From assembly GCA_965238225.1 (NCBI GenBank), contig OZ250183.1, positions 736,001 to 800,000 on the forward strand: 64,000 nt of DNA, written 5' to 3'. Below the pieces are notes generated by a model, which saw nothing but the letters and a program-made list of their open reading frames with translations, was not told the DNA's origin and made no database searches. Positions 1 to 10,484 of this stretch are shown piece by piece. The position numbers and the translations under genes were made by a program. This stretch comes from Gammaproteobacteria bacterium. GTDB taxonomy: Bacteria; Pseudomonadota; Gammaproteobacteria; Eutrophobiales; Eutrophobiaceae. Within the stretch, counting starts at the first letter, position 1, and each line of letters starts with the position of its first letter.

Positions 1-1
1 G

Positions 2-382
2 CAAATCGCTGTGTCTGAAAAGGAGGCACTGCAGGATATATTCAAGATGGCGCGCAAGAAGATGAAGGCTTATGGTTGTAAACGCGCCATACTTGTAGGT
101 CATAATCCCTCGTTTGATTTGGGCTTTGTTCAAGCGGCAGCAGCAAGGTCAGACATCAAAAAATCTCCGTTTCATCCCTTTAGCACTTTTGATACAGTAA
201 CCCTAGGCGGGCTTGTCTATGGACAAACTGTATTATCCAAAGTCGTCATCGCTGCCGGCATTTCTTGGGATGAAAAGCAGGCGCATTCAGCACGTTATGA
301 CACTGAAAAAACCGCCAAATTATTTTGCAATATTGTCAATCAGTGGCGTATTTCTGATGATAAAGCAAGCAATAGAGCCTGA
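2..382 (+). CDS. rnt: Ribonuclease T, 5'-truncated by window edge
   Basis: [26 protein letters not shown] and [12 protein letters not shown] match the DEDDh RNase T C-terminal half; frame is open to the window start. Confidence 0.93.
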   Translation, partial: QIAVSEKEALQDIFKMARKKMKAYGCKRAILVGHNPSFDLGFVQAAAARSDIKKSPFHPFSTFDTVTLGGLVYGQTVLSKVVIAAGISWDEKQAHSARYDTEKTAKLFCNIVNQWRISDDKASNRA

Positions 383-396
383 GCAATAGAGCCTGA
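368..396. repeat. Perfect 14-bp tandem duplication (AGCAATAGAGCCTG x2) over the rnt stop codon
   Basis: Read directly: 368-381 equals 382-395, plus one further matching base. Confidence 0.95.
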
Positions 397-433
397 TAAA
401 AGATTTATTTCTATTAAATATTAATTGTAACTT

Positions 434-1318
434 ATGACCAGCCAACATGCAGAAGATCAAAAACGAGGAGAGCTTTATTATGCCGAGGAAATGGCAAAGA
501 AACTAAAAGTAGATTGGCAAATATCATCTTCACCCAATGAAACAGAATATCCGGATTTGATCGTGTGTGAAAAGGTGAATGGCAAACGGCATAAATTTTG
601 ACTTGAGGTGAGACAATTTTTTGCTGCTGAGGTTAAAGAAATTTCTGATGAGGTTTTTAAGGAATTTAGCAAGAAAAAATTAGCACAAGGAATAGAATAT
701 AATTCTAAAGAGGAATCAGAAGAAGCTCTAAGGAAGGAAGGAGTAAAAGAAACTAGAGCTCAGGAAGAAGAAAACAAGCGCATACTGCATGAGCTTGCTT
801 CCGACTATTATGCAAAATCTAAAACACCAATAGGGGTTAATATTAGTATGAATAATGGGTCTGGAAAATTATCAGCACTGACTGAAAAGGATAAATCTAA
901 AATTCTGTTAGAACTGCGTAAATTTTCTAAAAATAGCAGTGAGTGGCAGAAGAAGCGTATCAAATATAATGGAAATTTAACAATTCATGTTACTCATTAT
1001 CCAGATAAGTGCGTTGAGCTTCCTGATTATAAATCTATTAAATTCCGCAATTGGAAGTTTCTTAACGATTGTATCGCATGGAATGCGAAAATCTCCAAGA
1101 AAAAGCTTCAGCATTTAGTTTCTGAGAAAGAAGAGAAATTGGATAAATATCGAACGTATCTAAAAGATGTCAGGCTGATGTTGGTGGCTGACAAACGCTA
1201 TGGTTCCGGCATGATTCGCCTTGAAGGTGATAATACTTTAACTACACGAAGTAGTTTTAACGAAGTCTATTTGTTCATCATGCCTGACAAGGTTTATAAG
1301 CTCAATCCTCCTCAATAA
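434..1318 (+). pseudogene. Putative PD-(D/E)XK nuclease-like protein interrupted by in-frame TGA at 599-601
   Basis: ATG at 434 is in frame with ORF 608..1318; joined translation gives EYPDLIV...KF*LEVR, resembling the PD...(G)xEV motif. Confidence 0.6.
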
Positions 1319-1395
1319 GAAAGATATGCTCATGCAATAAGCTGCACTATTTTTTGTTTTAATTTCTTTCTACAGTTTTCTATTAGGAAAGTGAG

Positions 1396-2733
1396 TTATG
1401 GATCTTGTTTGGTCTCAATCTTCTTTTGCCAGTCTCGTGATTTTCTTAATACGCTCTGTTCATTAATGCTTGTCAGCACGCGGTTTTTTAGAAGCTGCTT
1501 GCCTGCTACCCAGACATCAGTTACCTGATTGCGATTGGCAGCGTAAACAATATGCGAGACAGGGTCATACAGGGGTTGCGTTTCAATGCTATCAAGATCA
1601 ATCGCAATAATATCAGCGGCCTTGCCTTTTTTGAGCGAGCCTGTGATGTCATCAATCCCTAGTGCCTGTGCGCCATTAATCGTTGCCATCTCCAGTACCT
1701 TTCGCGCGGGCAATATACTGCTGTTTTTGGCGACAGCCTTTGCCAGTAATGCCGCAGTGCGCATTTCAGCAAGCATATCCAGATCATTATTACTGGCAGC
1801 ACCATCAGTACCTAGCGTGATATTAATACCGCGCTGTTGTAATTTACTGACTGGACAAAAACCACTGGCCAATTTTAAGTTTGATTCTGGACAATGGACA
1901 ATATGCACGCCTTGCTTGCTCAGTAGCGTGATTTCATCTTCTGTAAGTTGTGTCATATGTACGGCAATTAAACGTGGATTCAGTATGCCGAGCCTATGCA
2001 GTCTTTGGATAGGACGCTCGCCATATTGCACTTTGCTTTGCTTAACTTCATCTGCCGTTTCATGGATGTGCATATGTATGGGGATATCAAGTTCCTCAGC
2101 AATCATATTAATGCGTTTTAGTGGCTCATCTGAAACGGTATACGGAGCATGCGGTGCAAAGGCTGTGTGGATATGAGGGTGATGCCGATATTTGTCGTGT
2201 ATTTTTTGCCCCTTTACGAGGTATTCATCTGCATCATTTGCCCACGCTGTGGGGAAATCGATAATGATTAGCCCAATTACAGCACGTATGCCTGTTTCTA
2301 CTGCAACCTCTGCGGCTTGATCTGGAAAAAAATACATATCATTAAAACAGGTGGTGCCGCTTCGAATCATTTCTGCGATTGCGTGTCGCGTTCCATCATT
2401 AACGAATTTAGCATCGATCCATTTTTGTTCGGCAGGCCAGATGTGCTGGTTTAACCATTCCATTAAAGGTAAATCATCAGCCAAGCCACGGAAAAGATTC
2501 ATTGCAGCATGTGTGTGGCAATTAATCAGGCCTGGCATCAGAGCATGGTTGTGAAGGTCGTGTTCTTTCGTGGCTGTATATTTATTTTTTGCTTTTTTGC
2601 TTGGTAAAATGGCAATGATTTTGCCATCTTGGATGGCAAGCGAGTGATGCTCCAGTATATTTTTTTTCGGGCTGCTTCTTTTAGTGTCTACCGGAATAAC
2701 CCAGCGGGCATTTATAAGTGTATCTATATTCAT
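1396..2733 (-). CDS. mtaD: TRZ/ATZ-family amidohydrolase, probable 5-methylthioadenosine/SAH deaminase
   Basis: PGLINCHTHAAM, APHAPYTVSD, HIHET, HCPESNLKLASG, GTDGAASNN motifs; divergent from mtnA-gyrA. Confidence 0.85.
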   Translation of the reverse strand: MNIDTLINARWVIPVDTKRSSPKKNILEHHSLAIQDGKIIAILPSKKAKNKYTATKEHDLHNHALMPGLINCHTHAAMNLFRGLADDLPLMEWLNQHIWPAEQKWIDAKFVNDGTRHAIAEMIRSGTTCFNDMYFFPDQAAEVAVETGIRAVIGLIIIDFPTAWANDADEYLVKGQKIHDKYRHHPHIHTAFAPHAPYTVSDEPLKRINMIAEELDIPIHMHIHETADEVKQSKVQYGERPIQRLHRLGILNPRLIAVHMTQLTEDEITLLSKQGVHIVHCPESNLKLASGFCPVSKLQQRGINITLGTDGAASNNDLDMLAEMRTAALLAKAVAKNSSILPARKVLEMATINGAQALGIDDITGSLKKGKAADIIAIDLDSIETQPLYDPVSHIVYAANRNQVTDVWVAGKQLLKNRVLTSINEQSVLRKSRDWQKKIETKQDP

Positions 2734-2830
2734 CCTGTTACCATAAGTCTGCTAATTCTGTAACCTGTAATGTATGAATTGTACGAAAAACTTAAACTAA
2801 AAAAAGAAATTATAAGAAGGAGGCTTTAAA

Positions 2831-3490
2831 TTGCCAGCAAAAGATTTATCAGAATATCTCGCCAATGGAAAACATGACATATTGTGCCCCGTTGAGTGGG
2901 TATCAGAAGGGATAGACTTGATTGATCAGCGCGTATTGCCGCATAAATTTAAGGTCAATCACTACACTGATGTTCGCGCATTGTCAGAAGCGATTATGGG
3001 TATGGTTGTTAGAGGTGCCCCTGCTATTGGTATTGCAGGGCGCGAGGTTGAGCACATGGGAGTTGCAGCAAGATGATATTTTAACCACACTTTTAACAGA
3101 CAGCGCCGCTTGTTCTTTATACAGTCAAGGGGATGTCAGGTGGGTTATTGTAGGTGCAGACAGGATTGCAGCAAACGGTGATGTCTGCAATAAAATTGGT
3201 ACCTATATGCATGCGCTTATGGCAAGACACCACGGTGTTCGCATGATGATGGTTGCGCGCCCATATCAACATTTGATCTCAAGGTCAAAAGTGGGCAAGA
3301 AATTTCTGTTGAGCATAGAGAAAAAGAAGAAATTTTAAGTTTTTCAGGTGTAAAAATTGCACCAGAAAATATTTCAGCGTGGAATCCTGTTTTTGATGTA
3401 ACGCCTGCTGATTTGATCGATGTTATCGTCACTGAAAAGGGCATTATTGAAGCCCCTGATTCTCATAAAATTATGTCGCTATTTGCTTGA
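2831..3490 (+). pseudogene. mtnA: Methylthioribose-1-phosphate isomerase with large internal deletion and frameshifts
   Basis: IDQRVLP and VRGAPAIG in one frame, LQGARL..WEL and [19 protein letters not shown] in a second, NPVFDVTPADLIDVIVTEKG after a further shift ending at TGA 3488-3490; central part absent. Confidence 0.93.
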
Positions 3491-3611
3491 AAATAATCTG
3501 TTTTTACAGCAGTTTTTTCTGTAGAGAATAGGTCTTATGTGGTAAAATTTTGACCTTTATGAACTAAGGAAAATAGGTCTCGATTGTTTCTCAATAAAGC
3601 CCTAAATTTGT

Positions 3612-6179
3612 ATGAATGAAAGTGAAATAACAGGCGCTGTAAGCCCCGTCAATATCGAAGACGAAATGAAGCAATCCTACATGGATTACGCCATGAGCGT
3701 TATTGTAGGAAGGGCGCTACCAGATGTCCGTGATGGCTTAAAACCTGTGCACCGTCGTGTTTTGTATGCCATGAACGAGATGGGTAATGACTGGAACAAG
3801 GCCTACAAAAAATCAGCCCGTATCGTCGGTGACGTGATTGGTAAATACCATCCGCATGGCGATACCGCAGTATATAGTACCATGGTGCGAATGGCTCAGC
3901 CATTTTCGTTACGTTATGTCCTGGTTGATGGTCAAGGAAACTTTGGTTCAGTAGACGGCGATTCCCCGGCCGCCATGCGCTACACAGAAGTGCGCATGGC
4001 ACGTATTGCCCACGAATTATTAGAAGACCTAGACAAGGAAACGGTCGATTTTATACCGAATTATGATGCCTCAGAACATGAGCCTACGGTTTTTCCTGCA
4101 CGTATTCCAAACTTACTCGTTAACGGCTCAAGCGGTATCGCGGTTGGTATGGCGACCAATATTCCGCCACATAACTTAACTGAGGTTATAAACGCCACTA
4201 TTGCGCTGATAGACAATGACGAAATCACTATCGCTACACTTATGCAGTTTATTCCCGGGCCAGACTTTCCAACAGCGGGGTTCATCAATGGCTCTAAGGG
4301 TATTCGTGAGGCTTACGAAATGGGTCGTGGCAAGATTTACATGCGTGCACGTATCGACGTTGAGTCTGATAAAGAAACAGGCAGGCAGAGTATTATCGTT
4401 ACGGAATTACCTTATCAGGTAAATAAGGCACGTTTGATGGAAAAAATTGCCGAACTGGTGAAGGATAAAAAAATTAGCGGCATTAGAGAATTGCGTGATG
4501 AGTCTGATAAAGATGGTATGCGTATGGTTATCGATCTGCGTAAAGGCGAAATCCCTGAGGTTCTGATAAACAATCTTTATCAACAAACACAAATGCAAAA
4601 TGTGTTTGGTATCAATATCGTTGCGCTACAAGACGGTCAGCCAAGATTGTTGAATCTAAAACAGTTATTAGAATCCTTTGTCTATCATCGTCGTGAAATT
4701 GTGACACGCAGGACACGTTATGATTTACGCAAATCAAGAGCACGCGCACATATTCTGGAAGGTTTGGCAGTTTCGCTGGCGAATATCGACCCTGTGATTG
4801 CCCTAATTAAGTCCGCCGCCACGCCTGCCGAGGCTAAACAGGCATTGTTGGAGCCTGTATGGGAATCAGGAATTGTGACGAAGATGCTTGCGCAGACAGA
4901 TTCAGATGCCTCACAACCAGAAGATTTAGCGGATGGCTTTGGCCTTGTCGAGGGCGGTTACCGATTATCTGAAATTCAGGCACAAGCAATTTTAGATTTG
5001 AAATTACAAAGACTAACAGGACTGGAACAACAAAAGATCGTTAAGGAATATGGTGAGATTCTAGAAGCCATTATCGACTTACTGGATATCCTCTCGCGAC
5101 CAGAAAGATTAATGCAAGTTATCAGAGAAGAGCTTGAAGGTATTCGAGATCGTTATGGCGATGAACGACGCACCAAAATTCTTGAAGACCAAGTTGATTT
5201 GAGTATGGAAGATCTGATTAACGAAGAAGATGTCATAGTGACGCTTTCACACGCAGGTTATGCGAAATCTCAAATGATTGATACTTATCGTTCGCAACGT
5301 CGTGGCGGCAAGGGTAAATCTGCAACAAATATGAAAGATGAAGATTTCATAGACAAGTTATTTATTGCCAGCACTCACGATACCTTGTTATGTTTTTCTA
5401 GCAAGGGCAAAGTATATTGGCTAAAGGTCTATCAATTACCTCAGGCCAGTCGCATCGCGCGCGGCAAACCGATTGTCAATTTATTAAAACTGGAATACGG
5501 TGAGCGAATCAATGCAGTATTGCCTATACGTGAATTTGTTGAAGAAAAATTTATCTTTATGGCGACAGCTGATGGAACAGTGAAAAAATGCAGGCTAACA
5601 GATTTTGCACGACCAAGACACAGTGGCTTAAGGGCGATTGAGTTGGCTGACGGTAACCAGCTAATTGGCGTTGAAGTCACCGACGGTAATCACGACATTA
5701 TGTTATTTAGTAATTCAGGCAAGGCAGTACGTTTTAAAGAGACCGCAGTGAGGGTTACGGGTAGAACTGCCAAAGGCGTTCGTGGTATTCGTTTGACTAA
5801 AGGTCAGAGTGTAAATTCACTTATCATTATTAAATCAGATAAAAGCTCGGTATTGACGGTGACCGAAAATGGTTTTGGCAAGCGAACCGTGATCTCGGAT
5901 TATGTGTCTAAAGGTAGAGGCGGTTTAGGTGTTATCTCGATTCAAACAACAGCGCGAAATGGTAATGTGATTGGTGCTGTTGATGTTGATGAAGATGATG
6001 AGATCATGTTAATCAGCAATCAAGGGACTTTGATTCGTACCCCTGTTAATGATGTCTCAGTGGTGGGAAGAAATACACAAGGCGTGATTCTGGTCAAGCT
6101 GGGAAAAGAAGAGCATCTGGTAAGTTTGGAACGTATTGTTGAGTATAAAGATGAAGAAGACGCAACAAAAGAAAATTAA
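3612..6179 (+). CDS. gyrA: DNA gyrase subunit A
   Basis: [31 protein letters not shown], GyrA-box QRRGGKG. Confidence 0.99.
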   Translation: MNESEITGAVSPVNIEDEMKQSYMDYAMSVIVGRALPDVRDGLKPVHRRVLYAMNEMGNDWNKAYKKSARIVGDVIGKYHPHGDTAVYSTMVRMAQPFSLRYVLVDGQGNFGSVDGDSPAAMRYTEVRMARIAHELLEDLDKETVDFIPNYDASEHEPTVFPARIPNLLVNGSSGIAVGMATNIPPHNLTEVINATIALIDNDEITIATLMQFIPGPDFPTAGFINGSKGIREAYEMGRGKIYMRARIDVESDKETGRQSIIVTELPYQVNKARLMEKIAELVKDKKISGIRELRDESDKDGMRMVIDLRKGEIPEVLINNLYQQTQMQNVFGINIVALQDGQPRLLNLKQLLESFVYHRREIVTRRTRYDLRKSRARAHILEGLAVSLANIDPVIALIKSAATPAEAKQALLEPVWESGIVTKMLAQTDSDASQPEDLADGFGLVEGGYRLSEIQAQAILDLKLQRLTGLEQQKIVKEYGEILEAIIDLLDILSRPERLMQVIREELEGIRDRYGDERRTKILEDQVDLSMEDLINEEDVIVTLSHAGYAKSQMIDTYRSQRRGGKGKSATNMKDEDFIDKLFIASTHDTLLCFSSKGKVYWLKVYQLPQASRIARGKPIVNLLKLEYGERINAVLPIREFVEEKFIFMATADGTVKKCRLTDFARPRHSGLRAIELADGNQLIGVEVTDGNHDIMLFSNSGKAVRFKETAVRVTGRTAKGVRGIRLTKGQSVNSLIIIKSDKSSVLTVTENGFGKRTVISDYVSKGRGGLGVISIQTTARNGNVIGAVDVDEDDEIMLISNQGTLIRTPVNDVSVVGRNTQGVILVKLGKEEHLVSLERIVEYKDEEDATKEN

Positions 6180-6183
6180 CACA

Positions 6184-7296
6184 TTGCAAGTTGTAGACAG
6201 CAAAAAATGTTTTTCGGGACGGGTCTATAATTTTAATGCAGGCCCTGCAATGTTGCCAAGAGAAGTTATGCGGTTTGCTAGAGAGGAATTCCTTGATTGG
6301 CATGGGGTTGGAATATCAGTTATGGAGATGAGTCATCGTAGCGATGAATATATGTCTATTGCTACACAGGCAGAGCTAAATTTTCGAGAGCTACTGGATA
6401 TTCCTGAAAACTACAAAGTGCTTTTTTTACACGGAGGCGCTAGTAGCCAGTTTGCTATGGTGCCTCTCAATTTACTTGCGGGCAAAAACACAGCTGATTA
6501 TTTTAATACTGGTTTGTGGTCTGCGAAGGCGCAGAAAGAAGCAGAACGATTTTGTAAAGTCAATGTCATTGCCCACGCAGGAAGCGACACGCCGCTATCA
6601 GTGCCAGAAGTAAGAAAATGTTCATTTGATCCTGATGCGGCTTATGTCTATTACACTGATAATGAGACAATAAGTGGTGTCCAGTTTTCTGCTATCCCTA
6701 ATGCAGGAAGTGTTCCACTGGTCACAGATATGACATCTAGTCTACTGTCTAAACCATTAGATGTCTCGCGTTACGGTGTCATATTTGCAGGCGCACAAAA
6801 AAATATTGGTCCGGCAGGACTGGTAGTTGTTATTATTCGTGAAGATTTGATTGGCTATGCATCGAAACATATACCGAGCATGTATGATTATGCTGTGCAT
6901 GCTAAAAATAGCTCAATGTATAATACGCCACCGACCTATGGTTGGTATATATCCGGGCTGGTATTAAAGTGGATCAAGGAACAAGGCGGTCTTGTGGCGA
7001 TGGAAAAAATGAGTCACGCACGTTCCGATAGTCTATATCAGGCGATTGATAAATCTGATTTTTATGACAATCGAGTAACAACAAAATATCGCTCTAGTAT
7101 GAACATACCGTTTTTCCTAGCTGATGATTCACTCAATAAAAAATTTACCAGCGCAGCAAAAGATCATGGCTTGGTTGGCTTGGTTGGTCATCGCAGTATC
7201 GGTGGTATGCGTGCCAGCATGTACAACGCGATGCCTGAAGATGGTGTTGATACCTTGATTGCTTTTATGCAGGAATTTGAACGTACAAATGGCTGA
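6184..7296 (+). CDS. serC: Phosphoserine aminotransferase (start uncertain; TTG at 6184 used)
   Basis: VYNFNAGPAMLP, SVMEMSHRS, GAQKNIGPAG, YNTPP, GHRSIGGMRAS. Confidence 0.95.
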   Translation: MQVVDSKKCFSGRVYNFNAGPAMLPREVMRFAREEFLDWHGVGISVMEMSHRSDEYMSIATQAELNFRELLDIPENYKVLFLHGGASSQFAMVPLNLLAGKNTADYFNTGLWSAKAQKEAERFCKVNVIAHAGSDTPLSVPEVRKCSFDPDAAYVYYTDNETISGVQFSAIPNAGSVPLVTDMTSSLLSKPLDVSRYGVIFAGAQKNIGPAGLVVVIIREDLIGYASKHIPSMYDYAVHAKNSSMYNTPPTYGWYISGLVLKWIKEQGGLVAMEKMSHARSDSLYQAIDKSDFYDNRVTTKYRSSMNIPFFLADDSLNKKFTSAAKDHGLVGLVGHRSIGGMRASMYNAMPEDGVDTLIAFMQEFERTNG

Positions 7297-8374
7297 AGAT
7301 TTAACATTAGATGAACTAAGAGTAAAGATTAATGGAATTGATTCAAATTTACTTGAGTTGATTAGCCAGCGTGCGCAGATGGCAACAGAAGTTGCTCGCG
7401 TCAAAAATAAACAGTCGGAAGATAATGATTTTTACCGTCCAGAACGTGAAGCGCAGGTACTGAGAAAAATCATAGCCCGAAATCCTGGGCCATTATCCGC
7501 AGAAGAGATAGCGCGTTTATTCCGTGAGATAATGTCCGCTTGTTTGGCGTTGGAGCAAACATTAAATATTGCTTATCTAGGGCCTGAAGGCACTTTTACA
7601 CAAGCTGCGGTGTTAAAACACTTTGGCCGATCGGTGAAAACGGCGGCAATAAGCAGCATTAATCAGGTCTTTCGAGAAGTGGAATCTGGTGCCTATCAGT
7701 ATGGCGTTGTTCCCATCGAAAACTCTATAGAAGGTGTTGTTAATCACACGCTTGATATGTGTATAAATTCAAACCTGATGATTTGCGGTGAGATCGAGCT
7801 GCGCATTCATCATCACTTGATGAGCAATGAAAAATCCATCGAAAAAATTACCAAAGTGTATTCGCATCAACAATCGTTGGCGCAATGTAGAGCATGGCTG
7901 GATACACATTTATTAAAAGCGCAAAGAATTTTTCTGAACAGTAATGCAGAAGCCGCACGACTTGCTGCAGAGGAAGAGAATGCCGCAGCGATAGCAGGCG
8001 AGCCTGCCGCTGAACTCTATGGGCTTTCTGTGTTGATGAAAAATATTGAGAACGAAACCGACAATACCACTCGTTTTCTGGTATTGGGGAAGCATGAGCC
8101 ACCACCGAGTGACAACGATAAAACTTCCTTAATTTTTGCAGCAAAGAATAAACCCGGCGCTCTTCATGAGATGCTCACCTGCTTTTCAGATAACGGCATA
8201 AATCTGACTCATATTGAATCACGACCATCACATCAAGGTATATGGGAATATGTCTTTTTTGTGGATATTAAAGGTCATGCTCAGGAAGCCGATGTTGCTT
8301 TAGCGTTGGATAAACTAAATAACCGCGCTGCAATGTTTAAATTATTAGGTTCGTATCCATGCGCTGTGTTGTGA
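7289..8374 (+). CDS. pheA: Chorismate mutase/prephenate dehydratase
   Basis: YRPERE, AYLGPEGTF, VPIENSIEG, NTTRF, IESRPS; ATG at 7289 overlaps the end of serC. Confidence 0.96.
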   Translation: MAEDLTLDELRVKINGIDSNLLELISQRAQMATEVARVKNKQSEDNDFYRPEREAQVLRKIIARNPGPLSAEEIARLFREIMSACLALEQTLNIAYLGPEGTFTQAAVLKHFGRSVKTAAISSINQVFREVESGAYQYGVVPIENSIEGVVNHTLDMCINSNLMICGEIELRIHHHLMSNEKSIEKITKVYSHQQSLAQCRAWLDTHLLKAQRIFLNSNAEAARLAAEEENAAAIAGEPAAELYGLSVLMKNIENETDNTTRFLVLGKHEPPPSDNDKTSLIFAAKNKPGALHEMLTCFSDNGINLTHIESRPSHQGIWEYVFFVDIKGHAQEADVALALDKLNNRAAMFKLLGSYPCAVL

Positions 8375-8418
8375 TCATCTAGATATGTACTGTAAAGAGT
8401 CGTCTGAAAGTCAATACA

Positions 8419-9534
8419 ATGACATGTGATTTTATTAATTTAGCAACAACAGGTGTTGCTGGTTTACAGCCTTACGATCCAGGAAAGTCTGTGGAAGAAC
8501 TTAGGCGTGAGCTTGGTATTAGTCATATCACCAAGCTAGCTTCTAACGAAAATCCGCTTGGCCCCAGTATGAAAGCGCAGCAAGCTATATTGTCCGCCTC
8601 TGAATTGTCGAGGTACCCTGATGGCAATGCACATGATTTAAAAATGGCTTTGGCAAAACTGCATGGCGTTGATACAAATCAAATCACTATCGGCAATGGG
8701 TCAAATGAAATATTGGAACTCATTGCAAGAGCAATTACAAGTCCACAGCATGAAGTCATTTTTTCAGAACATGCCTTTGCAATATATCCTTTAGTAACAC
8801 AGGCAGTTGGTGCAAAAGCTGTTATTGTACCTGCAAAAAACTGGGGGCATGATCTTTTGGCAATGCAAGCAGCAATCAATGAAAACTCACGCCTTATATT
8901 TATTGCAAATCCGAATAATCCTACCGGGACTTGGCTTAATAGCCAAACATTAAAAACATTGCTTGAGTCTTGTCCTCGGCATGTAATAGTGGTTGTAGAT
9001 GAAGCCTATTTCGAATACGTCGGTGAACATGATTACCCCAACTGCATTCGGTGGGTGAGTAAATTTCCGAATCTGTTAGTAACCCGCACCTTCTCAAAGA
9101 TATTTGGTCTCGCTGGCCTTAGAATAGGTTATGGCATTTCGCATCGAAGTATTGCCGATTTGATGAATCGGGTCAGACAGCCTTTTAATACAAATAGTTT
9201 AGCGCTAAAAGCAGCTGTGGCAGCGTTGGAAGATAATGAACACCTACAACAAAGTATTGGAATAAATCAGGCAGGAATGAACCAGCTAATAAAAGCGTTT
9301 GATGCTATGTGTTTAAAATATATTCCCTCAGTTGGAAATTTTATCTGCATTGATTTGCAGTCAAAAGACGAGTCCGGCAAAGCAATATATAAAAAACTAT
9401 TACGTCAAGGTGTTATCGTCAGGTCAATTGATAATTATGGTATGCCAAATCACCTGCGGATTACTGTGGGTCTGAAAGAAGAGAATGAAAAACTTATTAA
9501 TGCCCTGGAGTTAGCATTAAAGGGTATGGACTAA
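8419..9534 (+). CDS. hisC: Histidinol-phosphate aminotransferase
   Basis: KLASNENP, NPNNPTG, DEAY, RTFSKIFGLAGLRIGY. Confidence 0.95.
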   Translation: MTCDFINLATTGVAGLQPYDPGKSVEELRRELGISHITKLASNENPLGPSMKAQQAILSASELSRYPDGNAHDLKMALAKLHGVDTNQITIGNGSNEILELIARAITSPQHEVIFSEHAFAIYPLVTQAVGAKAVIVPAKNWGHDLLAMQAAINENSRLIFIANPNNPTGTWLNSQTLKTLLESCPRHVIVVVDEAYFEYVGEHDYPNCIRWVSKFPNLLVTRTFSKIFGLAGLRIGYGISHRSIADLMNRVRQPFNTNSLALKAAVAALEDNEHLQQSIGINQAGMNQLIKAFDAMCLKYIPSVGNFICIDLQSKDESGKAIYKKLLRQGVIVRSIDNYGMPNHLRITVGLKEENEKLINALELALKGMD

Positions 9535-9540
9535 AGAAGC

Positions 9541-10443
9541 ATGATGGACAATTTCATAGCTAGGCGCATAGCAATTATAGGCGTAGGCCTGATTGGCGGT
9601 TCACTTGCACGAGCACTTAAAAATGTTAATGCAGTAACGACTGTTGTCGGTTATGGGCGTGATGAAAACAATCTGAAAAGAGCCGTTTCTTTGGGTGTAA
9701 TAGACAGCTACAGCCTAGATATTGAAACAGTTGTGAATGATTCTGATATTGTTGTATTGGCAACACCGTTATCAACTGCCGATAAATTATTTTCAGCGAT
9801 GTCAGGAGTGTTGAAGAAGACAGTGGTTATCACCGATGTCGGAAGCGCGAAAGGTTCGATTGTTAAATCTGCGAGAGAAAATTTGGGTGACTTATTTACC
9901 CGGTTTGTCCCTGCGCATCCGATTGCTGGAAAAGAAGAAAGTGGTATAGACGCATCATTTGCAGAATTATTCGATGCGCATCAAGTTATTCTCACGCCTC
10001 TTTCCAAAACAGATGCCCAAGCAATACATTTGATCACTAAAATGTGGAAACTGACCGGCGCAGAAGTGGTGAATCTAGATATTGAACACCATGATACTAT
10101 CCTTGCTGCAACCAGCCATTTACCTCATGTGCTTGCTTATGCCTTGGTAGACTGTCTGTCCAGTATGCAAGAACGAGATGAAATTTTTAAATTTGCCGCT
10201 GGTGGTTTTGCAGATTTTACTCGACTAGCATCTAGTCACCCGCGTATGTGGCACGACATCTGTTTTTCAAATCGCAAACAACTCTTAAATGCAATGGAGC
10301 GCTTTGATCAGCATCTACATAAAATAAGAGAAGCAATTACAGAAGATGACAGTGATGCCTTATTAGAATTATTTGAAAGAGCCAAGATTTCACGGAGCAC
10401 ATTTATTGACCAGCGAAAAAAGAAAAACGATTCTCCTGAATAA
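9541..10443 (+). CDS. tyrA: Prephenate/arogenate dehydrogenase
   Basis: GVGLIGGS, TDVGSAK, HPIAG, TSHLPH, GGFADFTR. Confidence 0.94.
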   Translation: MMDNFIARRIAIIGVGLIGGSLARALKNVNAVTTVVGYGRDENNLKRAVSLGVIDSYSLDIETVVNDSDIVVLATPLSTADKLFSAMSGVLKKTVVITDVGSAKGSIVKSARENLGDLFTRFVPAHPIAGKEESGIDASFAELFDAHQVILTPLSKTDAQAIHLITKMWKLTGAEVVNLDIEHHDTILAATSHLPHVLAYALVDCLSSMQERDEIFKFAAGGFADFTRLASSHPRMWHDICFSNRKQLLNAMERFDQHLHKIREAITEDDSDALLELFERAKISRSTFIDQRKKKNDSPE

Positions 10444-10484
10444 ATGCGCACGCATAATTTAAGCATTCCTGATTTATACATAAC

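Noticed and set aside
599-601. TGA reassignment or selenocysteine at the in-frame stop
   Set aside because: TGA terminates core genes here (pheA, cmk, nrdR); the expected residue is Gly, not Cys, and I see no SECIS-like hairpin
1586-2554. + strand ORFs overlapping mtaD, and similar short antisense or alternate-frame ORFs throughout
   Set aside because: Fully overlap well-supported genes and carry no recognisable motifs
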